A stretch of DNA of 64,000 nucleotides from an uncultured archaeon (GCA_963799775.1 CAWCYD010000003.1:1-64000); one strand, 5' to 3'; counted from the stretch's first letter, positions 52,194 through 63,007 are shown. Numbers and translations are program-made. Notes: generated by a model not told the origin, from the letters alone.

Positions 52194-53411
52194 TTAGACG
52201 TTGACGACCTTGAGGATGTCCCTGAGATGGGTCTCGAGGCCATATCTCCTTTCATTGGTCCTCATGTGCCAGTAGATAGACCAGAGGTCAGGGAACTGGC
52301 TGAGCATCGAAAAGCTGCCGTCAATCTTCGCCTTGATGAACCTGTAGACCTTCGCGTAGATGTCATAGTGCTTGAGGACGGCCTGAGAGTACGCCTCCAT
52401 GTCGTCCATGTGCTCGACGAACATGTTCACGCACTGCATGCTCGGGATTATCCCCTCTCCGAGGAGAGGGTAGACTGTCCCAATGCTCTCACCCACGCCG
52501 ACCACCAGCGGTCCGTCTGGCCTCGGCGTCGAGCACGCGCACGAGCCGTGACCGTTGGTCGGAGAGGCTCCGCTCGCTCCCGAGATGCCTCTCTCAGCGA
52601 ACGTGGTGGCCTGAGCCTTCGAACTCATGTTTGCGTTTGCGGTCTGGACTGCTCCTTCCTTGATGCTCCCCAAGAGCTTCCTCTGGTTGACCGTGCCTCC
52701 GCACGCGAGGCACTTGGGCTCCTTGTAGAACGGTCCCATGTACGCCGGAGCGAGAATCCTCACGGGCCTTCCAATACGCCTCACGACCTTCCAGTCGTAC
52801 TTCTTGACCATCGCCTCTATCTCCCCCCTGTACTGGGCCTTGAAGTCGCCCGCCCCAACGTGCCCCCTGCCAGGGCCGAGCGGGAAGTACCAGAAGTAGC
52901 CGCTCAGGCCGGGATACGGTCTGATGTAGAAATCGTCCCACGGGAACTTCCCCTCCACCTCCACCTCGAAGCAAGGTATCGCCGCATCGTGCTCCAGCTT
53001 GCCCAGCATCGACCTATGGAACCCGGTCGCGTCGATGACCATGTCAAACCCCTTGAGGTCGTTCACGTCTGTGATATGGGAGCCCCACTGCACGTTCTTC
53101 CCCTTCTTCATGTCCCCGAACAGCCTCGTCTTGTCGAACGTGACCAGCCCGTTGAGCTTGATGTTGAAGGCCTCTTTCCCGTTGCCAGGGTCGACTATCA
53201 TGCTCTTGCCGCGGAAGAGGATGTAGTCCTCGAAGTTCAACCCGGCCTTGCTCACCAACTCAGAGATGAACGGGGCGCTCGTCCCCCACGCGCAGACGGC
53301 CCACCATTTTTCCTTCTCTCGCATCTCGAACGCCGTTACCTCGTGCTCCGGAGGAATCCTGTTCAGCAGGTATGATCCCGCCACGCCCGTTCCGACTATC
53401 GCGATGCGCAT
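52194..53411 (-). CDS. FAD-dependent oxidoreductase, geranylgeranyl-reductase-like
   Basis: IVGTGVAG, CAWG, IDATG, GYFWYFP and VGESIGTVYPLLGEGI. Confidence 0.88.
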   Translation of the reverse strand: MRIAIVGTGVAGSYLLNRIPPEHEVTAFEMREKEKWWAVCAWGTSAPFISELVSKAGLNFEDYILFRGKSMIVDPGNGKEAFNIKLNGLVTFDKTRLFGDMKKGKNVQWGSHITDVNDLKGFDMVIDATGFHRSMLGKLEHDAAIPCFEVEVEGKFPWDDFYIRPYPGLSGYFWYFPLGPGRGHVGAGDFKAQYRGEIEAMVKKYDWKVVRRIGRPVRILAPAYMGPFYKEPKCLACGGTVNQRKLLGSIKEGAVQTANANMSSKAQATTFAERGISGASGASPTNGHGSCACSTPRPDGPLVVGVGESIGTVYPLLGEGIIPSMQCVNMFVEHMDDMEAYSQAVLKHYDIYAKVYRFIKAKIDGSFSMLSQFPDLWSIYWHMRTNERRYGLETHLRDILKVVNV

Positions 53412-53556
53412 TCTGTCTTGTGGCGAGCGGAGGCGTTTCTAAATGTGTTTCGCTTCGCCCTTGGGGGGCCTCGCCCGGACGCCCTGGACTTGTTTTTCGC
53501 TCCTCAAGCTTTAATACGCGCATTCGGTCGCGAAAATTCTGCGAGGCCATACAGGG

Positions 53557-53928
53557 TTGGCAATCTTTGGCGACGTCGCATCCGTCTTCATGATGGGTGT
53601 GGTGGGTGTTCTCTTCACCTCGATAATGCTCATCGTGCCCCGCATCCTGGGCCCTAAGCACCCCAACCCCATCAAGGGCCTTCCTTTCGAGGCCGGGCAG
53701 GTGCCAAGAGGCAGGGGCAAGATGCATTTCATGATGCAATACTACGCCTACCTCCTCATGTTCGTCGTCTTCGACGTCATGGCGATGTTCCTCTTCGCAT
53801 GGGCCGCCGCGTATCAGCCGCTCGCGCTCGGACCGTTGTCCAGTTGGATGATCCTGATCTTCGTGGGGGCGCTCCTCGTCCCGATGGGCCTCACGGTGCA
53901 CATGGCGGGGAAGAGAGAGATTTGGTAG
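53557..53928 (+). CDS. nuoA: NADH-quinone oxidoreductase subunit A
   Basis: PFEAGQ.P, QYYAYLLMFVVFDV and three TM helices. Confidence 0.95.
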   Translation: MAIFGDVASVFMMGVVGVLFTSIMLIVPRILGPKHPNPIKGLPFEAGQVPRGRGKMHFMMQYYAYLLMFVVFDVMAMFLFAWAAAYQPLALGPLSSWMILIFVGALLVPMGLTVHMAGKREIW

Positions 53929-55679
53929 CGGCCGCGCCCGTTCCGAAGACCGGCGAGACCAACGTCCTCGTCGGCAAGGTCAATGAGATCCTCCAAGATG
54001 CCATAGGGGCGCCGCTGCGCTACGTGGCGAACTGGGGGCGCCTCTACAGCCTGTGGCCCGTGCACCTTGAAACTGCATGCTGTAGTGTTGAAGTCGGGGC
54101 CGCCGCTGGCTCGAGGTTCGACGCCGAGCGCTTCGGGGTCTTGGAGGCTTTTGGTTCCCTCCGGCAGTGCGACCTGATCATTGTGATGGGGACCGTGACC
54201 AGGAAGCTCGCTCCCAGGCTCAAGCTGATCTACGACCAGATGGCTGAACCGAAGTGGGTAGTGGCAATGGGAGCTTGTAAACGGGGTGACTCGATGGTCT
54301 ACACGCCTACGGGCCTACGCAGAATTGACGAGATTCAACCCGGTGAGACGGTCTTCTCATACGATGAAGCCGCGAAGCAAGTAGTCAATGCAAAAGTCGC
54401 AGCCAGAAAGGACCAGGGAGTGCGACCGGTCTTCAGAGTCCGCGCTGGTTCTTATGAATCGGTGGCTACAGAAAATCATCCGTTCGCCGTATACGAGCGA
54501 ACTTTGTCGAGGAAATGGGTGGCCTACAAGTCAATGCTCGGCATGGTCGAAGAAGGCTTTACCCTGAAAGAGCTCTCGCCTCTTCTAGGAATTGGTGCAA
54601 GGAGTCTCTCCTATTGGAAGAAACACCCACCTTCAATGTATGGACTAGATCTAAACTGGAAGCACGTTTGCGAACTCAAGGAAGGAGACCTTCTTGTTAC
54701 CTATTCTCAAGCAGTGGAGGGAGCGCCGTTTCCGATTCAATATCACCACGAAGGCAGGTTTCGAAAGCATGTCAGAATACCCGATTCCGTTGATGACGCT
54801 CTCGCATGGCTAGTCGGTCTTTATCTTGGAGATGGCTGGAAGGACAGTCATCGAATAGGCTTCTCGCTCATGGAGAAGGATCCTTCGAGAGCTGAGCTTG
54901 TTAGGGTAATCAAGGAACTCTTCGGGATATCGCCTCACGAAGGCAGACAAGTGTCCGTTTGGTCAAGTGTGATTGCGGGGATGTTCAGAGAATCGCTCCA
55001 ACTCGAAGGTGATGTTTACACAAAGAGAATACCGAGTTGGGTCTATACCTTACCATTGTCATCTGTCTTGAGTTTCCTCACTGGTATGATCGAGTCAGAC
55101 GGGTATGTTCAAGAGCAAGGTTTCGCCCAAATCTCGTCTGCCAACAAAGAGTTGATGCTTGATTTGGTGGAGCTTTGTCATTATCGTGGACTCCACGTTG
55201 GCGGTGTCTTCGAGAAAGAAAAGGAGAACGTCTTAGAAGGAAGACAACTAAAGACGGTCGAATATGTCGTGAGCTTCCCGATGTCGCTGATTGCACGACT
55301 TCCTCTTCATAGGTCTGACTACCTGCGGAGGGTTAAGACTGCGGTTCGGGTATTCGACGGAACATCCTTGCTTAAGACAAGTCATGCGGGAATTGGACTG
55401 CGACGTCTAACGTCAATAGTCCCGAGAGGGCGCGATTCAGTCTATGACATAGAAGTCGAGGGCCATCACAACTTCTTCGCCAACGGACAGCTCGTCCACA
55501 ATTGCGCCATCACCGGCGGACTATACTACGACTCGTACAACGTCCTGAGGGGCATAGACGACATCATCCCCGTCGACGTCTACGTGCCCGGTTGCCCTCC
55601 GCGCGCAGAGGCCCTGATGCAGGGCATCGCGCTGCTCCAAGAGAAGATCCGGCACTCGACGAGCCTCCGCGGGACATGA
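53922..55679 (+). CDS. nuoB: NADH-quinone oxidoreductase subunit B containing an intein
   Basis: TACCSVE, RQCDL..MGT and PKWVVAMGA[intein]CAITGG...PVDVYVPGCPP. Confidence 0.95.
   Translation: MVAAAPVPKTGETNVLVGKVNEILQDAIGAPLRYVANWGRLYSLWPVHLETACCSVEVGAAAGSRFDAERFGVLEAFGSLRQCDLIIVMGTVTRKLAPRLKLIYDQMAEPKWVVAMGACKRGDSMVYTPTGLRRIDEIQPGETVFSYDEAAKQVVNAKVAARKDQGVRPVFRVRAGSYESVATENHPFAVYERTLSRKWVAYKSMLGMVEEGFTLKELSPLLGIGARSLSYWKKHPPSMYGLDLNWKHVCELKEGDLLVTYSQAVEGAPFPIQYHHEGRFRKHVRIPDSVDDALAWLVGLYLGDGWKDSHRIGFSLMEKDPSRAELVRVIKELFGISPHEGRQVSVWSSVIAGMFRESLQLEGDVYTKRIPSWVYTLPLSSVLSFLTGMIESDGYVQEQGFAQISSANKELMLDLVELCHYRGLHVGGVFEKEKENVLEGRQLKTVEYVVSFPMSLIARLPLHRSDYLRRVKTAVRVFDGTSLLKTSHAGIGLRRLTSIVPRGRDSVYDIEVEGHHNFFANGQLVHNCAITGGLYYDSYNVLRGIDDIIPVDVYVPGCPPRAEALMQGIALLQEKIRHSTSLRGT
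54276..55502 (+). mobile_element. Intein (409 aa) with LAGLIDADG homing endonuclease
   Basis: Block A CKRGDSMV, block B ATENHPF, LAGLIDADG motifs LVGLYLGDG and FLTGMIESDG, blocks F/G VYDIEVEGHHNFFANGQLVHN, then +1 Cys. Confidence 0.95.
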
Positions 55680-55709
55680 TCGCCCGACCGTCAAGGGAGA
55701 GAATCTCTA

Positions 55710-56300
55710 TTGCAGCCCAATAACTCCGAGAAGAAGGATAGCGCCCTAGACAAGCAGCCCGTCCCGCGCGCCTCGTCACCGATCGGTGCGAGCACAGCCA
55801 TCCCAGCCAGGGGGGCGGCACCTGCGCAACCCGAAAACAGCAGGGCCTTGGACTTGGCCGACGAGATCGCCGCCAGGTTCCTGCTCGCGAAGGTCGACTA
55901 CGCGAGGCCACGAAGGGTCAAGGTGACCGTCCCACCGGACAAGATAAAGGCGGTCGCGCTCTACGTCAGGGACGTCCTCGGCTTCGACCACATCGAGGTC
56001 GTCGGAGGGACCGACTATCCGCAGCAGAACGAGTTCGAGGTGATCTACTTCGTCGGATGCGTCTCCAACCCCGGGCAAGAAGACATCGTGCTCCAAATCG
56101 CAGAGCGCGTGAAGAAGGACGACGCCGTCGTGCCTTCGCTCGTCGACGTCTGGACCGGGACAGAGTACCACGAGCGTGAGACGTTCGAGATGCTCGGGAT
56201 CAGATTCGAGGGCCACCCTGACCTTAGGAAGATACTCCTGCCGGAGGACTGGAACGACATCCCTCCCCTGCGGAAGGACTACACGAACCCGGGTCATTGA
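55710..56300 (+). CDS. nuoC: NADH-quinone oxidoreductase subunit C
   Basis: ERETFEMLGIRFEGHPDLRKILLPEDW...PLRKD. Confidence 0.95.
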   Translation: MQPNNSEKKDSALDKQPVPRASSPIGASTAIPARGAAPAQPENSRALDLADEIAARFLLAKVDYARPRRVKVTVPPDKIKAVALYVRDVLGFDHIEVVGGTDYPQQNEFEVIYFVGCVSNPGQEDIVLQIAERVKKDDAVVPSLVDVWTGTEYHERETFEMLGIRFEGHPDLRKILLPEDWNDIPPLRKDYTNPGH

Positions 56301-56362
56301 TTGGGTGAGGTAATAGACAAACGTCAGCCACTTACGAGTACTCTCCCGACTCCGACCGGGTC

Positions 56363-57439
56363 ATGGCCGTCTCGCTGGGCCCTCAGCATCCGGGCGCGGG
56401 GCACTTCCGGATCAGGCTCTGGCTGGACGGCGACTACTGCGTGAAGGCCGACCCCGATCCCGGCTATGTCCACAGGGGCGAAGAGAAGATGTGCGAGTAC
56501 AAGAACTACATCCAGAACGTCCCGCACCTGGAGAGGCCCGTCATCCTCGACAGCTCGGGCATCTTGTTCGCCTACTCCCTCGCGGTCGACCAGCTCATGA
56601 ACAACAAGCTCCCCCCTCGGGCGGAGTACCTTCGCGTCATCGCCGCGGAGCTGGACAGGATAATCTCCCACGAGTACTACCTCGGGATCCTGGGGCTCTT
56701 CGCGGGCCACACGACTATGATCACTTGGGCCATGGGCGACAGAGACTTCTTCATCGACATCGCGGAGAGGCTCACCGGGGCGCGCGTCACCCACGCCTAC
56801 ATCATCCCCGGCGGGGTCAGGAACGACATGCCAGAGCACCTCCCGGAGAAGGCATTCCAGACCTTCGACTGGTTCGAGAAGAGGATGGACGACTACGAGA
56901 AGATCTTCTTCAGGAACCCGATCTGGGAGGAGAGGTCGAAAGGGATCGGCGTCCTGACCAAGGAAGACGCGATAAGGCTGGGAGCCACCGGGGTCGTTCT
57001 GCGGGCGTCGGGGGTCGCCCACGACACGAGGCGAGCCGAGCCATACAGCGCGTATCCGGACTTTGACTTTGGGGTCGCCTCTCTGAAGGAGGGAGACGTC
57101 TGGTCGAGAGCGTACACGGCTCTCACTGAGATGAGGGAGTCGGTGAAGATACTGAGGCAGGCCTTCAAGAACCTGCCCCCGGGGCCGGTGAGGTTGAAGC
57201 TGGGGCCCCAGCCGCGCGTCCCCCCAGGTGAGACTTACGCGCGCACAGAAGCCGCCCACGGCGCGATGAGCTTCTTCGTTGTCAGCGACGGCACCCCGCG
57301 GCCTTACCGGGTGAAGATAGGGACCGGCTCCTTCAGGAACATGCGGGTGATCCCCCACCTGCTCAAGGGCGTCCACATCGCGGACATCCCTGTCGTCTAT
57401 TGGGGCCTGAATTATTGGCCAGTCGAAGCGGACCACTAA
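56363..57439 (+). CDS. nuoD: NADH-quinone oxidoreductase subunit D
   Basis: GPQHP, GYVHRGEEK, ELDRIISH, LRASG and PYRVK. No NiFe CxxC motifs. The true start may lie ~60 bp upstream. Confidence 0.95.
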   Translation: MAVSLGPQHPGAGHFRIRLWLDGDYCVKADPDPGYVHRGEEKMCEYKNYIQNVPHLERPVILDSSGILFAYSLAVDQLMNNKLPPRAEYLRVIAAELDRIISHEYYLGILGLFAGHTTMITWAMGDRDFFIDIAERLTGARVTHAYIIPGGVRNDMPEHLPEKAFQTFDWFEKRMDDYEKIFFRNPIWEERSKGIGVLTKEDAIRLGATGVVLRASGVAHDTRRAEPYSAYPDFDFGVASLKEGDVWSRAYTALTEMRESVKILRQAFKNLPPGPVRLKLGPQPRVPPGETYARTEAAHGAMSFFVVSDGTPRPYRVKIGTGSFRNMRVIPHLLKGVHIADIPVVYWGLNYWPVEADH

Positions 57440-57465
57440 ATGAGCTTCATTCAGCAATCAATACC

Positions 57466-58647
57466 CTAATCAGGCTCTAAATGTAATTTAAGGTCTGCTT
57501 TGACCTCGTAAGCCGCTTTTGCCTGCGATATATATCTGTCCCTTTCGTCGCGAATTCGTCTAACAAGCTTGTCCCATTTCACTATTACGTCATATCGTCG
57601 CCTATGGCCAAAAAGCGAGTCGTACTTGAGCGCGAGCACAACCTTCCGCACTTTCTCGGGGTGCCTCAGCCGCATGAACTGCATCATTCGTTTACGTCAT
57701 CGAATCTCCAGACTGCTATTCGCCAAATGTGTTCGCCAGAATTGTACACACCTCTTTTGAGCGCATCTTCTCGGTTTACCTTCGTTCTCTGGAGATTTAC
57801 GGAGAATCCATACTGAGAGAGGCTGTGAGCGATTTGAGACAGCAAATTGAAATTTGTATTCGGAATCAGGCAGTTCAAATTCATCCGCATGCCGCTTTCG
57901 ATGCAAGTAAACGGTTCCCTCAGCATCGAAAAATCCGGCAAGAAAATCGAAGAACAAATCCTCATCTGCAATCATTTCCGTCGAGAGTCTGTTGACCTCC
58001 AGGAGGAACGAGTAAGTGTCATCCAGGTCACAGTCGAGAGCCCATTCAAATCCGGTCAGGGGTGACTTTCTGGGGTATTCATAGATTGGACCATGGGAAG
58101 CGAACAAGGTTCGGAACAACCTGCTCATTGAGGGGTGAGTTGTGCTCAGCCGAACCCTCACTGCGCGTCCATGCCTGATCGACCAAATGTCCCCTACGGC
58201 AAGACCAATTATGTAGGCCATCTCGTGCCGGTCACCGGAGAACGGCACCTTCTGGAATTTCGATACCGCCTTGATCTGAGCTTCCACCTTGTCCCTGATC
58301 TCGACCCGTCGCTCGCGAAGGTGGGCGAGGACAGTGTTTGGAGTCACTTTGCCTCCTGCAACTTTTTTCAGCGACTCGCCGTTCTGATATCTCCTTACCC
58401 ATTCGTCCACCATCGATGGCGTGACCTTCCTCACGTGCTCCGCGGGGTCCCTTCGAGCGATCCCGTTCCTCTTGAGATGATAGAGGACCGTCGATTCCGC
58501 GGTCTTCGGGCTCGAATATCTCAGTCCGTACACAACCGCTATCTTCGCCGCGGAGAGCTTCTGATCGACATAGAGGCGCTGCAAGTCTTCTCTGTTCGGC
58601 GGCCAACCCAGCGAAGTGCCGCCGCTTCCTTCGTCCCAATCGGCCAC
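57466..58647 (-). CDS. Free-standing LAGLIDADG endonuclease-like protein with N-terminal HTH repeats (frameshifted)
   Basis: AYIIGLAVGD and FLAGFFDAEG; continues in other frames to LRHPEK. Confidence 0.85.
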
Positions 58648-58944
58648 AAGAAACTAGCTGCATCGGCTATAAGAGCGTCAACATCTTAGCACAGGCTGAC
58701 GACGAATCTCGGAAAGTTCGGCGACCGACTATTTCCGAAAACCGAGCATCTCGCGGATCACTAGGCCGATCTTGGGCTCCGCTCGCTAATCAATGGTCAT
58801 CTTTGCCAGAGAGCCGGGCAGTCTTGGACGCGACGAAGGACCTTGCCATGAACCGATATCCTCCCCTGCTTGTGATCGGCCGTGCGGCCGGACCCCGGCC
58901 CGCGACGCAGCCTCCTCTTTAACCCCCTGCTTCGGGACAGATGA

Positions 58945-60440
58945 ATGTTGATTCCCCCGCAGCGGGCGACAGGAGTTCTGATGAGCATCACATCCCTCCC
59001 GTCGAAGTTCGGCATAGGCGACCTCGGACCGTCCGCGCTCAGGTTCGCCGACCTCCTCTCAGAGTCAAGACAGCGTTACTGGCAGGTTCTCCCCCTGACC
59101 CCGACGGGCCCGGGCAACTCTCCCTACAACCCGACGTCCGCGTTCGCGGGGAACACGCTCCTCATAAGCCCCGAGGTGCTCTACGCGGAGAGCCTCCTCG
59201 AGGAACTCCCTGGGGCACCAAGGAGCGAACAAGAACAGAGCCGGGTAGATTACACGGAAGTAATCGCCTTCAAGAGAGAGGTCTTGGACAGAGCATTCGA
59301 GCGATTCAAGGAGGCTCGGTCCAGCCAGTTCGAAGAGTTCTGCGCATTGAACTCCGGTTGGCTGGAATCCCACTCGCTCTACGTCGCCGTCAAGGAAGAA
59401 AGAGGTGGGAAGCCGTGGTACGAGTGGCCTCAGGGCCTTCGGGACGGGGAACAAGACGCCGTCGCGGAGGCGAGGTCGAGGCTTTCGGATCCCGTTGAAA
59501 GGGAGAAGTTCGCCCAGTTCGAGTTCTTCAAACAGTGGCAGGGACTGAAGGAATACTGTTCCGGACTCGGAATAAGGCTCGTGGGTGACGTCTCATTCTA
59601 CGTCGCCCTCGACAGCTCTGACGTCTGGTCGAACAGGCGCCTGTTCAAGCTCGGGAGCGAGGGTCGTCCTTCATTCGTTGGAGGCGTCCCCCCTGACTAC
59701 TTCAGCGAGACGGGCCAGCTTTGGGGGAACCCCGTCTATGACTGGGAGCGGCTGGAGGGCGAGGGCTTCGACTGGTGGATGAGGCGCCTGCAGCACACGC
59801 TCGACCTCTTCGACATCACCCGTCTAGACCACTTCAGGGGTTTCGTCGCCTTCTGGGAGGTACCTGGAGACGCGAAGACGGCGATTTCAGGACGATGGGT
59901 GGATGCGCCTACCGACGCGTTCTTCGAGAAGGTCAAGGCCCGCTTCCCTTCGATGCCGTTCATCGCCGAGCCAACCTGGGCGTCATCACCCCTGACGTGA
60001 GGGCCGTGATGAGAAGGCTGGACCTTCCTGGGATGTACGTGCTGCTCATGGCCTTCGACTCAGGCCCTGACAACCCGTACTTGCCCCGCAACTACTCCCC
60101 GAACTCCGTGGTCTACACAGGAACCCACGACACGAACACCGTCAGAGGTTGGTTCAGGGACGAAGCGAACGCCAGACAAAAGAAGAGGCTCCTCGAGGTC
60201 ATGGGGAGGGAACTCTTTGAGGAAGAAGCCAGCTGGGAGTTCATCTGCCTGGCGTTGAACTCCGCGGCAACACTGAGCATCGTCCCCACTCAGGACATCC
60301 TCTCGCTCGGATCCGAGGCGAGGATGAACCTTCCATCGACCTCCGAAGGCAACTGGGAATGGAAGGTGACGACGGATCAACTCTCGCCTGACGCCTTTCG
60401 AAAGCTGGGCGAAGAGACGCAGGCCGCCGGACGCCGTTGA
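58945..60440 (+). CDS. malQ: 4-alpha-glucanotransferase (GH77), frameshifted near 59970
   Basis: WQVLPL, SPY, GVPPDYFSETGQLWGNP, RLDHFRG, YTGTHD and RMNLP. Confidence 0.96.
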
Positions 60441-60452
60441 GTTGGTACCCGC

Positions 60453-63002
60453 ATGAGCCGAGATAGCCGCGTGAGCCGACACCCCATCTACGGGCTCCTG
60501 CCCACCGACGTCGAGGGGTTCGACTCTCTTGCAGAGCTCGCACTGGACATGCGCTGGTCATGGAACCACGCCACAGACAAGGTCTGGCGAACGCTAGATC
60601 CAGCCCTGTGGCGCCTCACCCAGAACCCCTGGCTGATTCTCCAGACTGTCTCGCGAGACCTTCTGGAGCGCGTGCTCGCCGACCCCGATTTCCGGGAGAG
60701 CGTGGAAGACCTTCTGGAGGCGGAGCGCAAATCATCCACCCGCCAGGGTTGGTTCCAGAGTGCGCATCCGCAGAATCAAGTTTCATGCGTCGCATACTTC
60801 AGCATGGAGTTCATGCTGAGCGAAGCGCTCCCGATCTATTCCGGAGGGCTTGGGAACGTGGCGGGCGATCAGCTCAAGGCGGCGAGCGACCTCGGCGTGC
60901 CCGTCATCGGCGTGGGCTTGCTCTACCAGCAGGGCTATTTTCGGCAGACCCTCAACGAGGACGGGACGCAGGAGGCCCTGTACCCTTTCAACGACCCCGA
61001 CCAGCTCCCGATACTCCCCTTGCGCAAGCCTAGCGGGGACTGGCTGCGACTCGAGGTCGAGCTCCCGGGCCGCTCGATTTGGCTCCGCGCGTGGGAGGCC
61101 AAGGTAGGTCGAGCCAAGCTCTACCTCCTTGACAGCAACGATCCCGCGAACCTCCCGGTGGACAGGGCGAAAATCGGCGAGCTCTACGGAGGAGGGCCGG
61201 AGCTGCGCCTGCAGCAGGAGATCCTTCTCGGCCTCGGCGGCTGGCGTCTGCTACGCGCCTTGGGGATTAGGCCGGAGGTCTGCCACATGAACGAGGGGCA
61301 CGCCGCCTTCGCAGCCTTGGAGCGTGCCGGGGACTTCATGGAGGACACTGGACAGCCCTTCGCTGTCGCGCTCGCCGCGACCAGGGTCGGGAACGTCTTC
61401 ACCACGCACACGGCGGTGGAGGCGGGGTTCGACCGCTTCCTTCCTTCCTTGATACAAAGGTACCTGGGAGACTACGCCCAAAGACGGCTCGGTCTTGCGG
61501 CTCACGAACTGCTGGCGCTCGGCCGCGCCAACCCTGACGACTCTTCTGAGAGCTTCAACATGGCGTATATGGCCATCCGAGGCAGTGGGTCCACGAACGG
61601 GGTGAGCCGCCTGCACGGGAGGGTCAGCCGAGAACTCTTCGAGCCCCTCTTCCAGAGGTGGCCCCTGGAACAGATACCAATCGGGCACGTCTCCAACGGC
61701 GTCCACGTGCCGAGCTGGGAGTCGGACGAGGCTGACCTCCTGTGGACCGAAGCCTGCGGGACCGATCGCTGGAACGGACCGATGGACGCTCTGGAGAAGG
61801 GGCTCAGAGGTCTACCTGACTCGAGGCTCTGGAAGTTCCGCGCGGACGCGCGCAGATTGCTCGTAGAGTATGCGCGCGCACGGCTGTCGAGGCAGCTCGC
61901 TACGGCTGGGGCCCCGCCGGAGGAGGTAGCCCGGGCGAGGCATGTCCTCGACCCGGAGGCGTTGACGTTGGGCTTCGCACGACGCTTCGCGACCTACAAG
62001 AGGCCGAACCTGCTCCTGCACGATCCCGAGCGCCTGCTCAGGCTGTTGACTACGTCGGAGCGTCCGGTCCAGCTGATTCTCGCGGGCAAGGCCCATCCGG
62101 ACGACAGAGCGGGACAGGAACTGATCAAGGAATGGGTGAACTTCGTCCGCAGACCCGAGGCTCGCGCACACGCGATATTTCTCAGCGACTATGATGTGGT
62201 CCTCAGCGAGCGATTGGTCCAGGGCGTCGACCTCTGGATCAACACGCCTCGCCGCCCATGGGAGGCGTGCGGGACCAGCGGGATGAAGGTCCATCGCCAA
62301 CGGGGGGATCAACCTCTCGGAATTGGACGGCTGGTGGGCGGAGGCATACACCCCCGAAGTAGGCTGGGCCCTGGGGATGGGCGGGGGCACGCTGATGACT
62401 CGGGGTGGGACGGCGTCGAGGCAGCCAGCCTCTACGATCACCTCGAGAGCGAAGTTGTGCCCGAGTTCTACGCGCGGGGGCACGACGGGGTTCCCACGGC
62501 GTGGGTCGCCCGGATGCGGGAGAGCATGGCGAGGTTGACGGCGCGATATTCCGCCCACCGGGCCGTACGCGAGTACACTGAGAAGCACTACCTGCCCGCC
62601 GCCATCGCGTCCCGTTCCCGCGCCGCCGACGGGGGTGCCGAGAGCAAGGACATGCTCGAGTGGCGAGGAAACCTGGTAGAGAAATGGGGGAAGATCCGGT
62701 TCGGCCCCATGAAGTACGAGACAAGTGGCAAGAGATACGCTTTCGAGGTTCTGGTCACCCTTGAGGACGTAGGCCCTGAGTCCGTCCGCGTAGAGCTATA
62801 CGCTGGGGCTCCTGAAGGTGGTCATCCTGTGCTGCAGGAGATGAAGCGCGTTGGAAACGCGGCGACCGGCAACGGCGGATACCTCTACGCCGCGACCGTC
62901 CCTGCCGGAAGGCCCGCTTCGGATTACACCGCCCGGGTGATACCTTCCCGCCCAGGCGTCTCGGTCCCGCTTGAGCTCGACCTCATACTGTGGCAAAAGT
63001 GA
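60453..63002 (+). CDS. glgP: Alpha-glucan phosphorylase (compensating frameshifts near 62290-62380)
   Basis: YFSMEF, YSGGLG, NEGH, ARRFATYKR and EACGTSGMK; DGWWAE lies in an alternate frame. Confidence 0.96.
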   Translation: MSRDSRVSRHPIYGLLPTDVEGFDSLAELALDMRWSWNHATDKVWRTLDPALWRLTQNPWLILQTVSRDLLERVLADPDFRESVEDLLEAERKSSTRQGWFQSAHPQNQVSCVAYFSMEFMLSEALPIYSGGLGNVAGDQLKAASDLGVPVIGVGLLYQQGYFRQTLNEDGTQEALYPFNDPDQLPILPLRKPSGDWLRLEVELPGRSIWLRAWEAKVGRAKLYLLDSNDPANLPVDRAKIGELYGGGPELRLQQEILLGLGGWRLLRALGIRPEVCHMNEGHAAFAALERAGDFMEDTGQPFAVALAATRVGNVFTTHTAVEAGFDRFLPSLIQRYLGDYAQRRLGLAAHELLALGRANPDDSSESFNMAYMAIRGSGSTNGVSRLHGRVSRELFEPLFQRWPLEQIPIGHVSNGVHVPSWESDEADLLWTEACGTDRWNGPMDALEKGLRGLPDSRLWKFRADARRLLVEYARARLSRQLATAGAPPEEVARARHVLDPEALTLGFARRFATYKRPNLLLHDPERLLRLLTTSERPVQLILAGKAHPDDRAGQELIKEWVNFVRRPEARAHAIFLSDYDVVLSERLVQGVDLWINTPRRPWEACGTSGMKVHRQRGDQPLGIGRLVGGGIHPRSRLGPGDGRGHADDSGWDGVEAASLYDHLESEVVPEFYARGHDGVPTAWVARMRESMARLTARYSAHRAVREYTEKHYLPAAIASRSRAADGGAESKDMLEWRGNLVEKWGKIRFGPMKYETSGKRYAFEVLVTLEDVGPESVRVELYAGAPEGGHPVLQEMKRVGNAATGNGGYLYAATVPAGRPASDYTARVIPSRPGVSVPLELDLILWQK

Positions 63003-63007
63003 ACGCG

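Noticed and set aside
52540-52715. Insertion starting CLACGGTV as a possible mini-intein
   Set aside because: Far too short, with no TxxH block and no terminal HN.
56363-57439. Group 4 NiFe-hydrogenase large subunit
   Set aside because: No CxxC nickel-binding motifs, and the gene order is nuoA-B-C-D.
890-63002. Many split genes (pyrD, acyl-CoA ligase, fdrA, malQ, peptidase and others) as pseudogenes or programmed frameshifts
   Set aside because: Single-base indels are spread evenly, also hit housekeeping genes, and come without in-frame decay. This fits long-read consensus errors.
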